Source of the DNA: Anaerolineaceae bacterium UBA6801
GTDB lineage: Bacteria > Chloroflexota > Anaerolineae > Anaerolineales > Anaerolineaceae
Reading direction: 5' to 3'
NCBI GenBank assembly: GCA_002452315.1
Contig: DKFH01000167.1
Span: forward strand, 6,392 to 42,569
Length of the DNA: 36,178 nucleotides
Shown here piece after piece: positions 15,913 through 26,800 of this stretch. The notes below the pieces were generated by a model. It searched no databases, had not been told where the DNA came from, and saw only the letters and a list, made by a program, of their open reading frames with translations. The number at the start of each line of letters is the position of its first letter. Within the stretch, counting starts at the first letter, position 1. The position numbers were made by a program, and so were the translations under genes.

Positions 15913-18330
15913 CTACCCCAGGACCACATCCACGCTGTGCTCACCATCATCCGTAAACAACGGCAGCAGCGTGCCCTCAATTGGCTCGCCATCCACCCGT
16001 ATCTCGGATACGCCTTTGCTAACGCCCTGCGGATTGGTCACCATGATGTGGTAAACCGCCCCCCTGAACCGACGCCTGAAGGAAAACCCGGGCCAATCCG
16101 ACGGGATGCAGGGATCTATCCGCAACCCGTTGAATTCCGGCCGTACGCCCAAAATATACTTGAGCCCGGCCTGGTACGCCCAGGAAGACGTGCCGGTCAG
16201 CCAGGCGTTGCGCGCCAACCCAAATTGGGGATGCTCATCGCCCAGGATGTTCTGGGGGTAGACGTAGGGTTCACATTCATATGTATCGATGAACTCATTT
16301 TTGGCGGCCGGGTTGATCTGCTGGTAATACTGGTAAGCGCGCTCACCCCGCCCCAGGATCGTCTCAGCCATTATCACCCAGGGGTTGGCGTGCAGGAAGA
16401 TACCGCCGTTCTCCTTGGCGCCGGGCGGGTAGGTGGTCACCCCGCCGATTTCGGGGTCGTAGCCATCATAGCCGGGTGTGCTGAGCTTGATCCCGTTACT
16501 GGTGTTAAGATGCTGATAAACCGCATCCAGGGCTGTGCGCGCCCGCTTGGGCGTGGCAAACCCCGACAGGACCGCCCAGGACTGCCCGTTGGTGTAAATC
16601 TTCCCTTGCGCGTTGCGATGCGAGCCAACCGGCTCACCCCGGTGATCAAAATAGCGCACATACCACTCACCGTCCCAGGCCACGCCGTTGACAATCGCAC
16701 GCATGACCTCATAATCATCCTGGTAGCGTTTGGCAAGCTTGTTTTTGCCCAAATACTGGCACAGCGCAATCATCTCCTTGAGTGCCCAGCCGTACAGGTG
16801 GGCAGTGAACAGGGATTCAGCGCCCTTGGGCAGGTTGACGGTGTCATTCCAATCGGCAAAGCCCAGCAACGGTAAACCATGCTGGCCGGTGTTTTCCCGG
16901 GTGAAGGCCAGCCCGCGTTTGAGGTGATTCCACACAGAACCTGCCTTAAGCGGGTTACCAGCCTGATCTTTCTCGTAGAACGGGATGGTTTCTTTGAGGA
17001 ACCCAAAATCACCGGTTTCCTTGAGGTATTCGCTCACCGCCAGCACGCTCCACAGGTGGTCATCGCTGTAATAGTCCGGGCTGCCCTCCTCGATCCCCGC
17101 CTCGCCGGTGTTGGCGATCATGGTGAGGGGGGTGAACTGGTGCATGGCCGACCCATCCCGCTTTTGCACCTGCAGCAGCATGCGGAGCAAATGCTTCGAA
17201 ACCCCTGGTGATCCTGGCAGCGCGCCGATCACATCCTGCGAGCTATCCCTGAAGCCAATCCCGCGCACGCCAAACCCCAGCTGGTACAGCGATAAATAGC
17301 GCGACCAGTTCAAGGTGACCGTGCACTGGCGTGGGTTGTGGATATTGAGCATGCGGTCCATATCCGCATCGGGCGTGCGCACCTGGGCAACGCCGAGGAC
17401 GTCATCCCAAAAGGCGGCCAACGCCGCAAAAGCCCGGTCAACCTGCAACCCATCACGGTAGCGCTGGATGGCCGGCATGGCCTGGGGAACATTGGCGGCC
17501 TGCCCCAACAGGAAAATCGCACCCCGGCTCTCCCCAGGCGGGATCGCCCCCAGGTGGACCATCAGGGCGGCGATATTGTCACCCCGCAGGGCGATTGAGT
17601 TGCCCAGTTCGTCGTCCTGCAGCCCCGGGGGCGCGGCCCAGCTGCCATACCCATGCTGGCCCAAAAAGGCATGCCGCTCTGTTTCAAAGGACGAGACCGG
17701 CACACTGGCGGTGAAGTAATTCCGGCGGACCTCCTTCAGCATGAAGGGCGCCTGGCTGAGCACTTTCAGCCCGCCAGGCTCCTCATGCAGGTAAGAGCCC
17801 ATCGTCTGCGGCACCCAATCAGCGTTGTTGAGCTGTTTGAGTGCATCCGGATGGGTGTATTCCACCACCGGTACCAGGTCGGGGGTTTGCTCGGTTTCCG
17901 CCAGGTTGGTGACGGTCACCTGCTGGATGAGGACATCCTCGCCAAGCGGGATAAACACCCGTACCTCCATGCGTACCTGGTGCATTTCGGAGATGAAGGT
18001 GGTGTAGCCCAGGCCCACATGGCATTCGTACCTGTCCAGCGGGATCAGCGTCGGCACGAAGAACGGTGAGAGGACATCATAGCCGCCTTCCTCGCGCGGG
18101 AAGCGCAGGTAGAGCGTCGTCGCCCTGAACTCGGAGGGCGGGCCCTGGGTAAGATATTTCGTGATGCGATTCTGGGCCGGGTCACCCCGGCAAATCAGCA
18201 TCCCGCCGGTCTGGTCAATAAAACCGCCAAAGGCCAGGGACCCCAGGTAATTGATCCATTTAACCGGTGTTTGCGGGTTCGTGATTACGTATTCGCGAGC
18301 CTCATCGTCAAAATAGCCATAGTGTTTCAT
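15913..18330 (-). CDS. GH94 glycoside phosphorylase of unassigned specificity
   Basis: YGYFDD..REYVIT, GIGFRDSSQD, catalytic FADWNDTVNL, KENGGIFLHANPW and WLTGT motifs; no signal peptide. Confidence 0.9.
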   Translation of the reverse strand: MKHYGYFDDEAREYVITNPQTPVKWINYLGSLAFGGFIDQTGGMLICRGDPAQNRITKYLTQGPPSEFRATTLYLRFPREEGGYDVLSPFFVPTLIPLDRYECHVGLGYTTFISEMHQVRMEVRVFIPLGEDVLIQQVTVTNLAETEQTPDLVPVVEYTHPDALKQLNNADWVPQTMGSYLHEEPGGLKVLSQAPFMLKEVRRNYFTASVPVSSFETERHAFLGQHGYGSWAAPPGLQDDELGNSIALRGDNIAALMVHLGAIPPGESRGAIFLLGQAANVPQAMPAIQRYRDGLQVDRAFAALAAFWDDVLGVAQVRTPDADMDRMLNIHNPRQCTVTLNWSRYLSLYQLGFGVRGIGFRDSSQDVIGALPGSPGVSKHLLRMLLQVQKRDGSAMHQFTPLTMIANTGEAGIEEGSPDYYSDDHLWSVLAVSEYLKETGDFGFLKETIPFYEKDQAGNPLKAGSVWNHLKRGLAFTRENTGQHGLPLLGFADWNDTVNLPKGAESLFTAHLYGWALKEMIALCQYLGKNKLAKRYQDDYEVMRAIVNGVAWDGEWYVRYFDHRGEPVGSHRNAQGKIYTNGQSWAVLSGFATPKRARTALDAVYQHLNTSNGIKLSTPGYDGYDPEIGGVTTYPPGAKENGGIFLHANPWVIMAETILGRGERAYQYYQQINPAAKNEFIDTYECEPYVYPQNILGDEHPQFGLARNAWLTGTSSWAYQAGLKYILGVRPEFNGLRIDPCIPSDWPGFSFRRRFRGAVYHIMVTNPQGVSKGVSEIRVDGEPIEGTLLPLFTDDGEHSVDVVLG

Positions 18331-18393
18331 CTTCGTTACCTCCTGTGTAAAACCGATCCGTCCACGCGGCTGAGAACAGCCAACACGACCCCA

Positions 18394-20832
18394 TCAGCCG
18401 ATGTCAACCACAACGCTCACCTGGTCTTTCTCCAGAATGGGGACCAAAGTGCCCGCAATGGGCTGGCCATCCACCTTCAGGGAGAGCGTATTCCCAGGCC
18501 CGCGCCGACGGATATCGATGTGGTAGGTCACCCCCCTGAAGGCCCGGGTCGCTGAAAAACCCGCCCAGCCGGCGGGTATCACCGGCTCAACCCGCAGGCC
18601 GTCAAAATCCGGCCGGATGCCCAATATCCATTGCGTAATGGCAACGTAATTCCAGGAGGCCGTGCCGGTGAGCCAGGAGTTCTTGGCCTCGCCAAAAGCG
18701 GTGCTGTCTTTCCCGGCAATGGTTTGTGCGTAAACATAGGGTTCACAGCGGTGCAGGTCGCTGAGCGTCTCTCGCTGGGAGGGGTTAATGCGCAGGTAGT
18801 AATCCAGGGCGCGCTCGCCATGCCCGAGGGTGGCCTCGGCAATCATCACCCACGGGTTGGTATGACAGAAAACGCTGGCGTTTTCCTTAAACCCGTGCGG
18901 GTAGGAGGAAATCTCCCCTAGATGGAGGTGGTATTGCGTATAGGCGGGCTGTAACAGCAGGATGCCATGTTCGGTCGCCAGGCGGTCTTCCACCGCTTCC
19001 AGGGCCTTGTGCGGCAATCCTTGCGCCAAGCCAACCCCGGCCATCGTGCACAACCCCTGCGGCTCGATGAAGATCTGCCCCTCGCGACACGTGTGTGAAC
19101 CCACCGGAGCGCTGAAATGATCATAAGCCCGCAAAAACCAGTCGCCATCCCAGCCATGCTGCCGGATGGTCTCATCCATGTGCGCTGCCAGGCCGGCTAA
19201 ACGCGTTGATTCATCGTGTAATCCCAGGTGCGCGCTGATCTGCGCCAGTGCGTCAGCGGCCATGATGAACAGGGCTGCAATGACCACCGATTCTGCCACC
19301 TGGCCGTCCCTGTTGGTCGTCGTCTGGAAGGATTTGCCCGGCTGATCAGAAAAAGTATTCAGGTTCAAGCAATCATTCCAATCCGCCCGCCCAATCAGGG
19401 GCAGCCCGTGCGGGCCAAGCCGCTCCACCGTGTACTGGATGCAGCGCTGGAGGTGTTCCAGCAGGGGCGTTTCCGTCCCGGGCTGGTTCTCGTAGGGCAC
19501 CAGCGCCTCCAAAATGCCCCAATCGCCGGTCTCTTTGAGGTAGGCCGCCGTGCTCAACACCAGCCAGGCCGGGTCATCGTTGAAATTGCTCCCCACGGCA
19601 TCATTGCCGCGTTTGGTGAGGGGCTGGTACTGGTGATAGGCGCCGCCGCTCTCCAATTGGGTCGCCGCCAGGTCCAGGATACGCTGGCGCGCCCGATCAG
19701 GCACCATGTGGACGAAGCCGAGCAGATCCTGGTTTGAATCCCGAAAGCCCATCCCGCGCCCGATACCCGATTCAAAATACGACGCTGAGCGGGAAAGGTT
19801 GAAGGTGATCATGCACTGGTAGGCGTTCCAGATATTGACCATACGGTCCACATGCGGCTCCGGTGATGAAACCTGCAGCACGCCCAACAAGCCATCCCAG
19901 GCCGCCCACAGGTCAGCAAATGCCGTATCCACCTGGACGGGGTCAAGGTACTGCTCAATCACCGGCGCGACGGTGGTTTTGTTGATCGTGAGGGGCTGGC
20001 CTGGTGCAAATTTTGCGTCGGGTGGGTTTTCGTGATACCCCAGCAGGAAGATGACACGCTGCTGCTCACCTGCCGCCAAATCCAGCCGCACATGGTGAAC
20101 GCCCACGGGCGACCAGCCCACGCCGAGCGAATTACGGGTCTCCCCGCGTTCAACCGCCTGGGGGCTCTCCCAGCCGCGGTAAGGGCCTAAAAACGCCTCG
20201 CGCTGGGTCTCAAATCCGGACAGGGGCTCGGAACAGGCAAAATAGGCAAAGTGGTTCCGGCGCTCGCGGTATTCGGTCTTGTGATAGATGACCGAACCGA
20301 GCACCTCCACCTCGCCGGTGTTCAAATTGCGCTGATAGTTGGTGGCATCATCCAGGGCGTCCCACAGGCAGAATTCCACACTGGAGAAGATCGAGAGGGA
20401 CCGCGGGGTATCGGTCTGGTTGTGCACCGTCAGATCCCAGATCTCTACGGGCGCATCCAGGGGCACAAAATAGCGCACATCGGCCCGAATGCCCTTGAAG
20501 GCAGACCCGATGCGGGTGTATCCCATGCCGTGCCGGCAGGTATAGTCTTGCGCCGGATGGCGGGTGGGCATCCAGGTGGGTGACCAAAATTGGCCATCCT
20601 GATCATCGCGCAGGTAAATGTAGCGCCCGCCCATATCCAGCGGCACGTTATTATAGCGATAGCGGGTGATGCGGCGCAGGCGTGCATCCTGGTAAAAAGC
20701 GTACCCGCCAGCCGTGTTGGAGATCAGGCTGAAAAAATCCCGCATACCCAGGTAGTTGATCCAGGGCAGCGGGGTATCGGGGCGGGTGATCACATATTCT
20801 CTGTTTGCATCGTCAAAGTAGCCAAAACGCAT
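18394..20832 (-). CDS. GH94 cellobiose phosphorylase-like enzyme
   Basis: DARLRRITRYRYNNVP, RSASYFESGIGRGMGFRDSNQD and GRADWNDCLNLNTFSDQPGKSFQTT motifs characteristic of cellobiose phosphorylases. Confidence 0.88.
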   Translation of the reverse strand: MRFGYFDDANREYVITRPDTPLPWINYLGMRDFFSLISNTAGGYAFYQDARLRRITRYRYNNVPLDMGGRYIYLRDDQDGQFWSPTWMPTRHPAQDYTCRHGMGYTRIGSAFKGIRADVRYFVPLDAPVEIWDLTVHNQTDTPRSLSIFSSVEFCLWDALDDATNYQRNLNTGEVEVLGSVIYHKTEYRERRNHFAYFACSEPLSGFETQREAFLGPYRGWESPQAVERGETRNSLGVGWSPVGVHHVRLDLAAGEQQRVIFLLGYHENPPDAKFAPGQPLTINKTTVAPVIEQYLDPVQVDTAFADLWAAWDGLLGVLQVSSPEPHVDRMVNIWNAYQCMITFNLSRSASYFESGIGRGMGFRDSNQDLLGFVHMVPDRARQRILDLAATQLESGGAYHQYQPLTKRGNDAVGSNFNDDPAWLVLSTAAYLKETGDWGILEALVPYENQPGTETPLLEHLQRCIQYTVERLGPHGLPLIGRADWNDCLNLNTFSDQPGKSFQTTTNRDGQVAESVVIAALFIMAADALAQISAHLGLHDESTRLAGLAAHMDETIRQHGWDGDWFLRAYDHFSAPVGSHTCREGQIFIEPQGLCTMAGVGLAQGLPHKALEAVEDRLATEHGILLLQPAYTQYHLHLGEISSYPHGFKENASVFCHTNPWVMIAEATLGHGERALDYYLRINPSQRETLSDLHRCEPYVYAQTIAGKDSTAFGEAKNSWLTGTASWNYVAITQWILGIRPDFDGLRVEPVIPAGWAGFSATRAFRGVTYHIDIRRRGPGNTLSLKVDGQPIAGTLVPILEKDQVSVVVDIG

Positions 20833-20948
20833 GGGAAATCATCCTTTTTAAGCAATCATATCACCGCGCTCATGCCCACGCAACACCGTCAAACCGCCCT
20901 GTGGTCAGCTGTTCCATGTTTGTATGAGCAACCCAAGGGTCCTTCCGC

Positions 20949-23669
20949 TCAACCTGACCTGGCCGTCAAAACCACCTCAATCGCTGTCTGGTCCGGCCAG
21001 GCGAGCACTTCTGCCCTGGGGAACCGGGTTTCGAGCGCCCCAGGCTGGGTATCATAGCGGGTGCCATTAACCGATACCAACCCAACGCAATAATCCTCGT
21101 AGGTCAGCCGTTGTGGGTTGTGGTAGGTCACCTTGAGCTTTTTACCGGCAAAAACCGTCTCAACGCTCACCGTGTCCGCCTGGGCAAACTGCTCACTGAC
21201 CAATTTCGGCGCCAGGCACAGGTCTCCCAGCGCACCTTTAACCCCAAAGGACTCGGTCAGCAGCGTATACAGGTACCAGGCAGCAGACCCCGTCAGGTAG
21301 GGGTACATCCCGCGCCCGCGCGGGTTGAAATACTCCGGGATGCCCGGGTACATACGGCTGCGGGAAAAATTCTGGCTCTGGGTATACAGCCCATCCAGCA
21401 CCCCCCAGGCCGCTGCGGCCAGCCCCTGGCTATAGAGCGCATAAGCGTACATAACCGCCATATGGCTGAAGAGGGCCCCGTTCTCCTTATGGCCGTAAGC
21501 AAAGCCAAACGCGCGGCCCAGCCGGGGCGGGTTGTCCCCAAAGTGGGTGTTAAGCCGGTGCCCATTCAGGTTTTGATCATAAAGATGTTCGTCTGCGGCC
21601 TGCACGACAGCCAGGGCCTGGTTAGCTGTCGCCACCCCGGCCATCAACGGGAAGACCTGCCCGGTCAGGGTCATACGTACGCCCTCCGCACAGGTGCCCT
21701 CAACCCGTTGACCGTCGTTAGCGTAATAGCCATTAAACCAGCCCCCGCGATCCCCATCAGCCAGCCATTCCTGTTCCCGGATCAGCCTCTTCAGCCAGTC
21801 CGCTTTACTCGCCAGGTCTGCCGCGATCGATTTGAGTGGCAGCGTCACCTTTTCCCCTGAGAGGTGCCCGCTGACCCTGTCAAAATAAGACCCTAACCGT
21901 TCCTGTTTGGCGCTAACTGACGCATAGTCCACCGGTTGGGCGGCGCGATCCAGCAGCAGCAGTAATTCTTCCGCCAGTGAAACCTCTGCCACGCCAGCCT
22001 GATCCAGGGCCAGGCATAATTCGCCCAACGTGGCCAGATTGCCCGCGTAAAAAGCCGAGAAAGCCACGCTCTCCCCGCGGTCAGGCGCCATATCGAAGGC
22101 GTCATTCCAATCGCCGCCCTCCATTTTGACCAGGTTATGCTCGCCAACGTTAAAAAAGGCCGTCAGGTGTTGCACCAGCAGGTGTTCCAGCACCGAACCC
22201 TCAACTACCTCGCCAGCTGCTGATCGTAACAGCGTGCCCTGGTCTGGCGACCAATCCGGATTCGCCTGCTGGCAGCGATGGCTCAAGTGATCGTGGAAAT
22301 AGGTCTGCGGGGCCAGCAGCAATTCGAGGTCACCGGTCAGATCCAGATAGAGCTTGGTGGTGATCAGCGGCCATGCGCCATGATCCATCCACACCCGGGG
22401 GATGCTGTTCCGGTCAGCTTTGAACTCACCCGGCCGGGACCCGACGATGGTGGCATTGCTGCCATCGATGCGCACCCCGGCAAAATTGCTCAGCAGCAGG
22501 CCTTCCAGGCCCACACCCTCGGTCAGCAGCAGCGTCAACAAGTCCTGCCACAGGTCCCGCCAGCCGCGCCCGCCCCGGCCATAATCATGATAAGGCAAAA
22601 ATGAATTGCCCATGATGCGCCTGAGAATGGGCTGCAGGGTGACCCACTGCAGCCATCCGTCCAGCCGGCCGTCCTGGTGGTCAAACCGCAGGGCGGAGAG
22701 CTTTTCCTGCCAATAGGCCTGGTTGGCCTCCAGGTGATGGGTGAACTGCTTTTCAGAGCCGTACTGGTCAACCAGCGCGGCCACATCCGCCGCCGCGGTC
22801 ATGATGCTGAGGATCAGGATATAGCTTTTAGACTCGCCCGGCGCCAGCCGGATCGGCGGGAAGTGCAGCCCGCCCAGCGATTCAAACCCCTCAAATACAC
22901 TGCCAGAGGGTTGTATTGCATGCCCTGCGTGAAAAATTGCCCCAGGCTGTTCAAAACTGCCCCCTTCACCGATAAAATCTTCTACCAATGGCGAAAAGCC
23001 CTCGGGCGGATGTCCGTCCCCATCTGCGCCCAGGACGGCGTAGGTGACCTGGTTGAGCTTGTGACCCCGCTCGTCAAAGGACATGGTTGGCCTGACCAAA
23101 ACGCCAAAGGGATGGCACGCCGTGCGGTGCAGCAAGGCGGTCACATGGCGGTGATCCCTGAGGTTGTCTGCCGAGCGGCCAAAGATGGGTATGGCCGCTG
23201 TGGGGACCAAGTCGAGCGCCTCATCCCCCTGGTTGGTGAGCGTAACCCGCATCAACTCCACGTGATCATCTGTCACCGGCACAAAGTTAACCACGGCAGC
23301 CCGTAAGCCGGAAAGGGCGTGCTGTGTGTGAACCGCATGCCACAGGAGACCGGCTCGCAGCCGGGTTTTACCCGCCTGGCTGGGTTGATCAGCGCCAGAG
23401 CCGGTCAGCGACCAGGGCTCGCCATTGACCGTCACCCAGAAGTTTCGCCCCGAGCGGGTGTTGTGCAGGTCTTCAACGGAGACGGGCATCAGCAGGAACG
23501 TGTCCTGGTCCAGCTTGGCATCGCCATTCAGCGCCGGCGTGATCGAGGACATCATCCCGGCCGCATTTACCAGCGGAAAGTAAAGGTAACTGTTTGCCTG
23601 CGGGTTGGGCAGCTCAAAAGTGCCCTGTTGATCCACAAATTGCCACCCCAAGGGTTTGTTCACTTTCAT
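20949..23669 (-). CDS. GH94 laminaribiose phosphorylase-like enzyme
   Basis: NSYLYFPLVN.AGMMS, GRSADNLRDHRHVT, SFDERGH, GRGWRDLWQD, DWND, KENGA.FSHMA and YLTGSA motifs recall the ~910-aa Paenibacillus-type enzyme; GAGGTG RBS before ATG 23669. Confidence 0.85.
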   Translation of the reverse strand: MKVNKPLGWQFVDQQGTFELPNPQANSYLYFPLVNAAGMMSSITPALNGDAKLDQDTFLLMPVSVEDLHNTRSGRNFWVTVNGEPWSLTGSGADQPSQAGKTRLRAGLLWHAVHTQHALSGLRAAVVNFVPVTDDHVELMRVTLTNQGDEALDLVPTAAIPIFGRSADNLRDHRHVTALLHRTACHPFGVLVRPTMSFDERGHKLNQVTYAVLGADGDGHPPEGFSPLVEDFIGEGGSFEQPGAIFHAGHAIQPSGSVFEGFESLGGLHFPPIRLAPGESKSYILILSIMTAAADVAALVDQYGSEKQFTHHLEANQAYWQEKLSALRFDHQDGRLDGWLQWVTLQPILRRIMGNSFLPYHDYGRGGRGWRDLWQDLLTLLLTEGVGLEGLLLSNFAGVRIDGSNATIVGSRPGEFKADRNSIPRVWMDHGAWPLITTKLYLDLTGDLELLLAPQTYFHDHLSHRCQQANPDWSPDQGTLLRSAAGEVVEGSVLEHLLVQHLTAFFNVGEHNLVKMEGGDWNDAFDMAPDRGESVAFSAFYAGNLATLGELCLALDQAGVAEVSLAEELLLLLDRAAQPVDYASVSAKQERLGSYFDRVSGHLSGEKVTLPLKSIAADLASKADWLKRLIREQEWLADGDRGGWFNGYYANDGQRVEGTCAEGVRMTLTGQVFPLMAGVATANQALAVVQAADEHLYDQNLNGHRLNTHFGDNPPRLGRAFGFAYGHKENGALFSHMAVMYAYALYSQGLAAAAWGVLDGLYTQSQNFSRSRMYPGIPEYFNPRGRGMYPYLTGSAAWYLYTLLTESFGVKGALGDLCLAPKLVSEQFAQADTVSVETVFAGKKLKVTYHNPQRLTYEDYCVGLVSVNGTRYDTQPGALETRFPRAEVLAWPDQTAIEVVLTARSG

Positions 23670-23815
23670 ACACACCTCAACCTATGACTAATTAGACCGA
23701 TATTGCTTGGTAACCAAATGATGTCGCTAAAACATGTCACTCAAAAACCAGGGGGCGTTACCCAATCTGCCCAAAGCCTGAACCCGCGAGTTTTTGCCTG
23801 TCCCTAACGCTGATA

Positions 23816-26800
23816 TTAGAAGAACAGGTCTATTGCGTCGAACTCACCCTGGCGCACGCCCTCAGCATAGGGCGCCTGGATCAACCCGCCATCAATGCGG
23901 ATGGTTTCATCCCCGGAATGCAGATCAATCCGCTGGATCTTCAAGCCCTCATCCCAGGTGTCCCTGCGATCCGGGTTATGTACGGTGACGGTGCAGGTCC
24001 CCAGGCAGCGGAATCTGAAAGTGCCATCCGATTTGAACAGCCAGCCCGGCAGGGCGGGCGCGAACACCAATGCCAATTCGCCCTCAATGAGCTGGAAGGG
24101 CTGCTTGCCCATGGTCATCAGGCGCCACATGCTGATAAATTCGGCGGTCAGGCCGCTCATGCGGGCCACAAAGCCCGCACCATGCAAAGAAGCGTCCGGG
24201 TGAGCACTGCTGACGATGAAGGAACAGCTTTCAAGAGGGCTGCGGCCGTAAACCTGCGGGTCCATAAATGCTGGCAGGTGGGTTTTCAGGACATCATAAA
24301 ATTCGTCATATAAACCGGCATTAATCAAGGCCAGCAGGTATTTATACGACATGTGCATCCAGATCGACTCGTTTTCGAGCCAACCGGGTGTGAAAGCCCG
24401 CAAGCGGCCAATTTCATAGGGCTGATCGTCCAGGGAGACGTTGATCTTGAACATGCCCAGTTTTCGGTCAAACAGGGCGCTTTCTCTAACCGCCTGGGCC
24501 AGCTCACGGGCGCCGCGCGCATCGGCAATTTTCATCTCACGCACCGGGCCTTCCAGGAAGATGGGCAGTGCCGACGGGCGGAAACCCTTTACCCGGACAT
24601 GCGGGTTCCCATCGGCAGCATGTGTGCCGGTCAGCTCATAATTGGTGACTTCATGGATGAAATAGGTCGGCGGGATCGTGCCGGTGAAGGTGTGCGCCGC
24701 CGCAACACCTGCCTGCAGGCCAGCCTGCATCTTGCGCAAAGCAGCGCTGAAGTCCACCGATTGGGTGCGCCCATCAAACCCCAAGCGGGTCCCGGCGCGG
24801 TAGTCCTCCAGGGCGTCGGTACGCGCAACCCAATCGGCAAACAAATCGGATGGCTGGTCCGAACCCCTGCCGATGGCTTCCAGTAATACCCCCGCTTCGA
24901 TGGGCAGGGGGATGTCGCGGGAGAACTCATCCAGAGCGTCGATCATGAATTGCACCAGGCGCAGCAGCTCAAAGGTCTCCGGCATAGACGAACCAAACAG
25001 CCCGGGCAGGCCGTTGAGCGCGTCATTCCAGCCCGGCTTGCCAGCTTCCATTTGGATGCCCATACCGGAAGGATCAAGCGCCGCGTATTTGAGCAGGGAC
25101 AGCAAAGCCAATTTTGAAATTAGCGGCAAGCGGAAAACCTCACCCTGGCCATGCTCAGTGCACACCCAATGCCCATCTGCGCCCCGAGATTTAATCAGCT
25201 CCTCTTTTTCGCGGTCTTTATGCACCGCATTCAATTGATGCGGTTTGCCGCGGTAGAGAACATAGCGTGCCGAGCGGGGTTGAACGATGGCGGCGCTGTC
25301 ATAAAACGGCAGGGGTGGCGAGTCAAATAACAAGTAGGCTTTCTTTTCCGGGAAAACGGTCAAATAGGATTCAATTAAATCCTGGGTGTAAGTCCAATGG
25401 TCGACCCAGTACCCCTCTTCAAAACTCGCCATAAGATGCATTTCAGCTACGGAAAACGCCCTGGCGAACAGGTCATCCACCGGGATGGTTGCGCCCGCAC
25501 TGATGATCGCATCCAGCAGCGCCCCGGGCGTGAAGGTCCCCTCCAACAGGGCAGCCAGGCGCTCAGGCGCTTCGGCATAGGCCAACAACGCCGGCCGCTT
25601 CTCCTCGGGGATTGAAAAGGTCAGCCCGTTGAGCACCAGCGGGTTATACCCATCCGGCTGGATCAGGCTCATAAACACCCGGATGTTAAATTCGCCCGCC
25701 CCAGGCACAAAAAAGACATCATTGCGCCGGTTCTGGTTGACATCGCGGAAGTTGGCGTTGCCCTGGGCGTAATATTCGGGCGGGATGACAAACTGGTTAT
25801 AATCTCGCTCGATATCGCCGTGCTTGCGGCCGTAAACATGGATGATGTGCTTGCCGCCTAACACCAGCGGGTAGCCGCCGCGCAACACGTTATCCAGGAA
25901 GGTCTGCTGGCAGTAGCCATCGAAGGTTGTGGAGGCCGATTCCGTGTGGATATCCTCCGTCAGGTCCTCGGTGATATACCGGGCAATCTGTAATTTTTGC
26001 TCCCAGAAACCGGGTGCTTTTAAGAATTCCACCCGGGACTGCAGCGAAGACAGGGTAGGTGAATAGCCATATAAGCTGGTGATCGTCTCTGACGCGCCCG
26101 GGTTGAGGGTCACCTCAGCCCCAAAGAAGGCACACAAAGATCGGCCCTCGGTGATCTGCGGAGAGGCCAACACAGCCTGCAAGCCATGCTTGTGGAAGTG
26201 ATGCGCCCGTGAATGGCTGGTATCCAGGCCAAAAATCGCCGGAGGGTCTGCAATGGCTGGCAGGAGTGCATCCCCCAAAAAGGCCAGCCCAAAATTGCCG
26301 GCCCGGATTGCTTCCACGGCAGCTGAGTCGCCCGGGGTGGCTTTCAGGCGGTAAAAAGGCAGCTTGTTTTCAAGGTTTTCAGCCTGCATCCAGGCTTCAA
26401 TGGTCCTGCCGACAGATTTGAGCGCATCATCGTCCACGCCATAGGGGACAACGCCTGGCAAGCCGTCTAGAATCTCCAGATTGAGGGGGGCATCCAGTAA
26501 ATTCCTCAGGCTGACCCGCCTGACCAGCCCGGAAAAGGGCATGTTGGGCAGCATGTAGTAAAGGACGTTGACCTGGTAACCCAACTGGGGGTTAATTTCC
26601 TGGATCTCTACTTCGTTCATCCCGATGAACATCGTGCGTTGGGCGTCCTCGGCTTCCCAGGGGGCGAAGGCTTCCCGCTGCCAGGCTTCACCTTCCCGAA
26701 AGCCGTTCAGAAAGGTGCGAAAACCTGTCAAGCCGGCAATTTGATAGGCCTTATTAGCCGCTTGAAATTCCAAAATGGGGTGATCTTTATCTTCCACGCC

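Noticed and set aside
15913-20832. The two ~810-aa GH94 genes as a recent tandem duplication or assembly artefact
   Set aside because: The proteins are highly diverged outside core motifs and differ by indels, so they are ancient paralogues.
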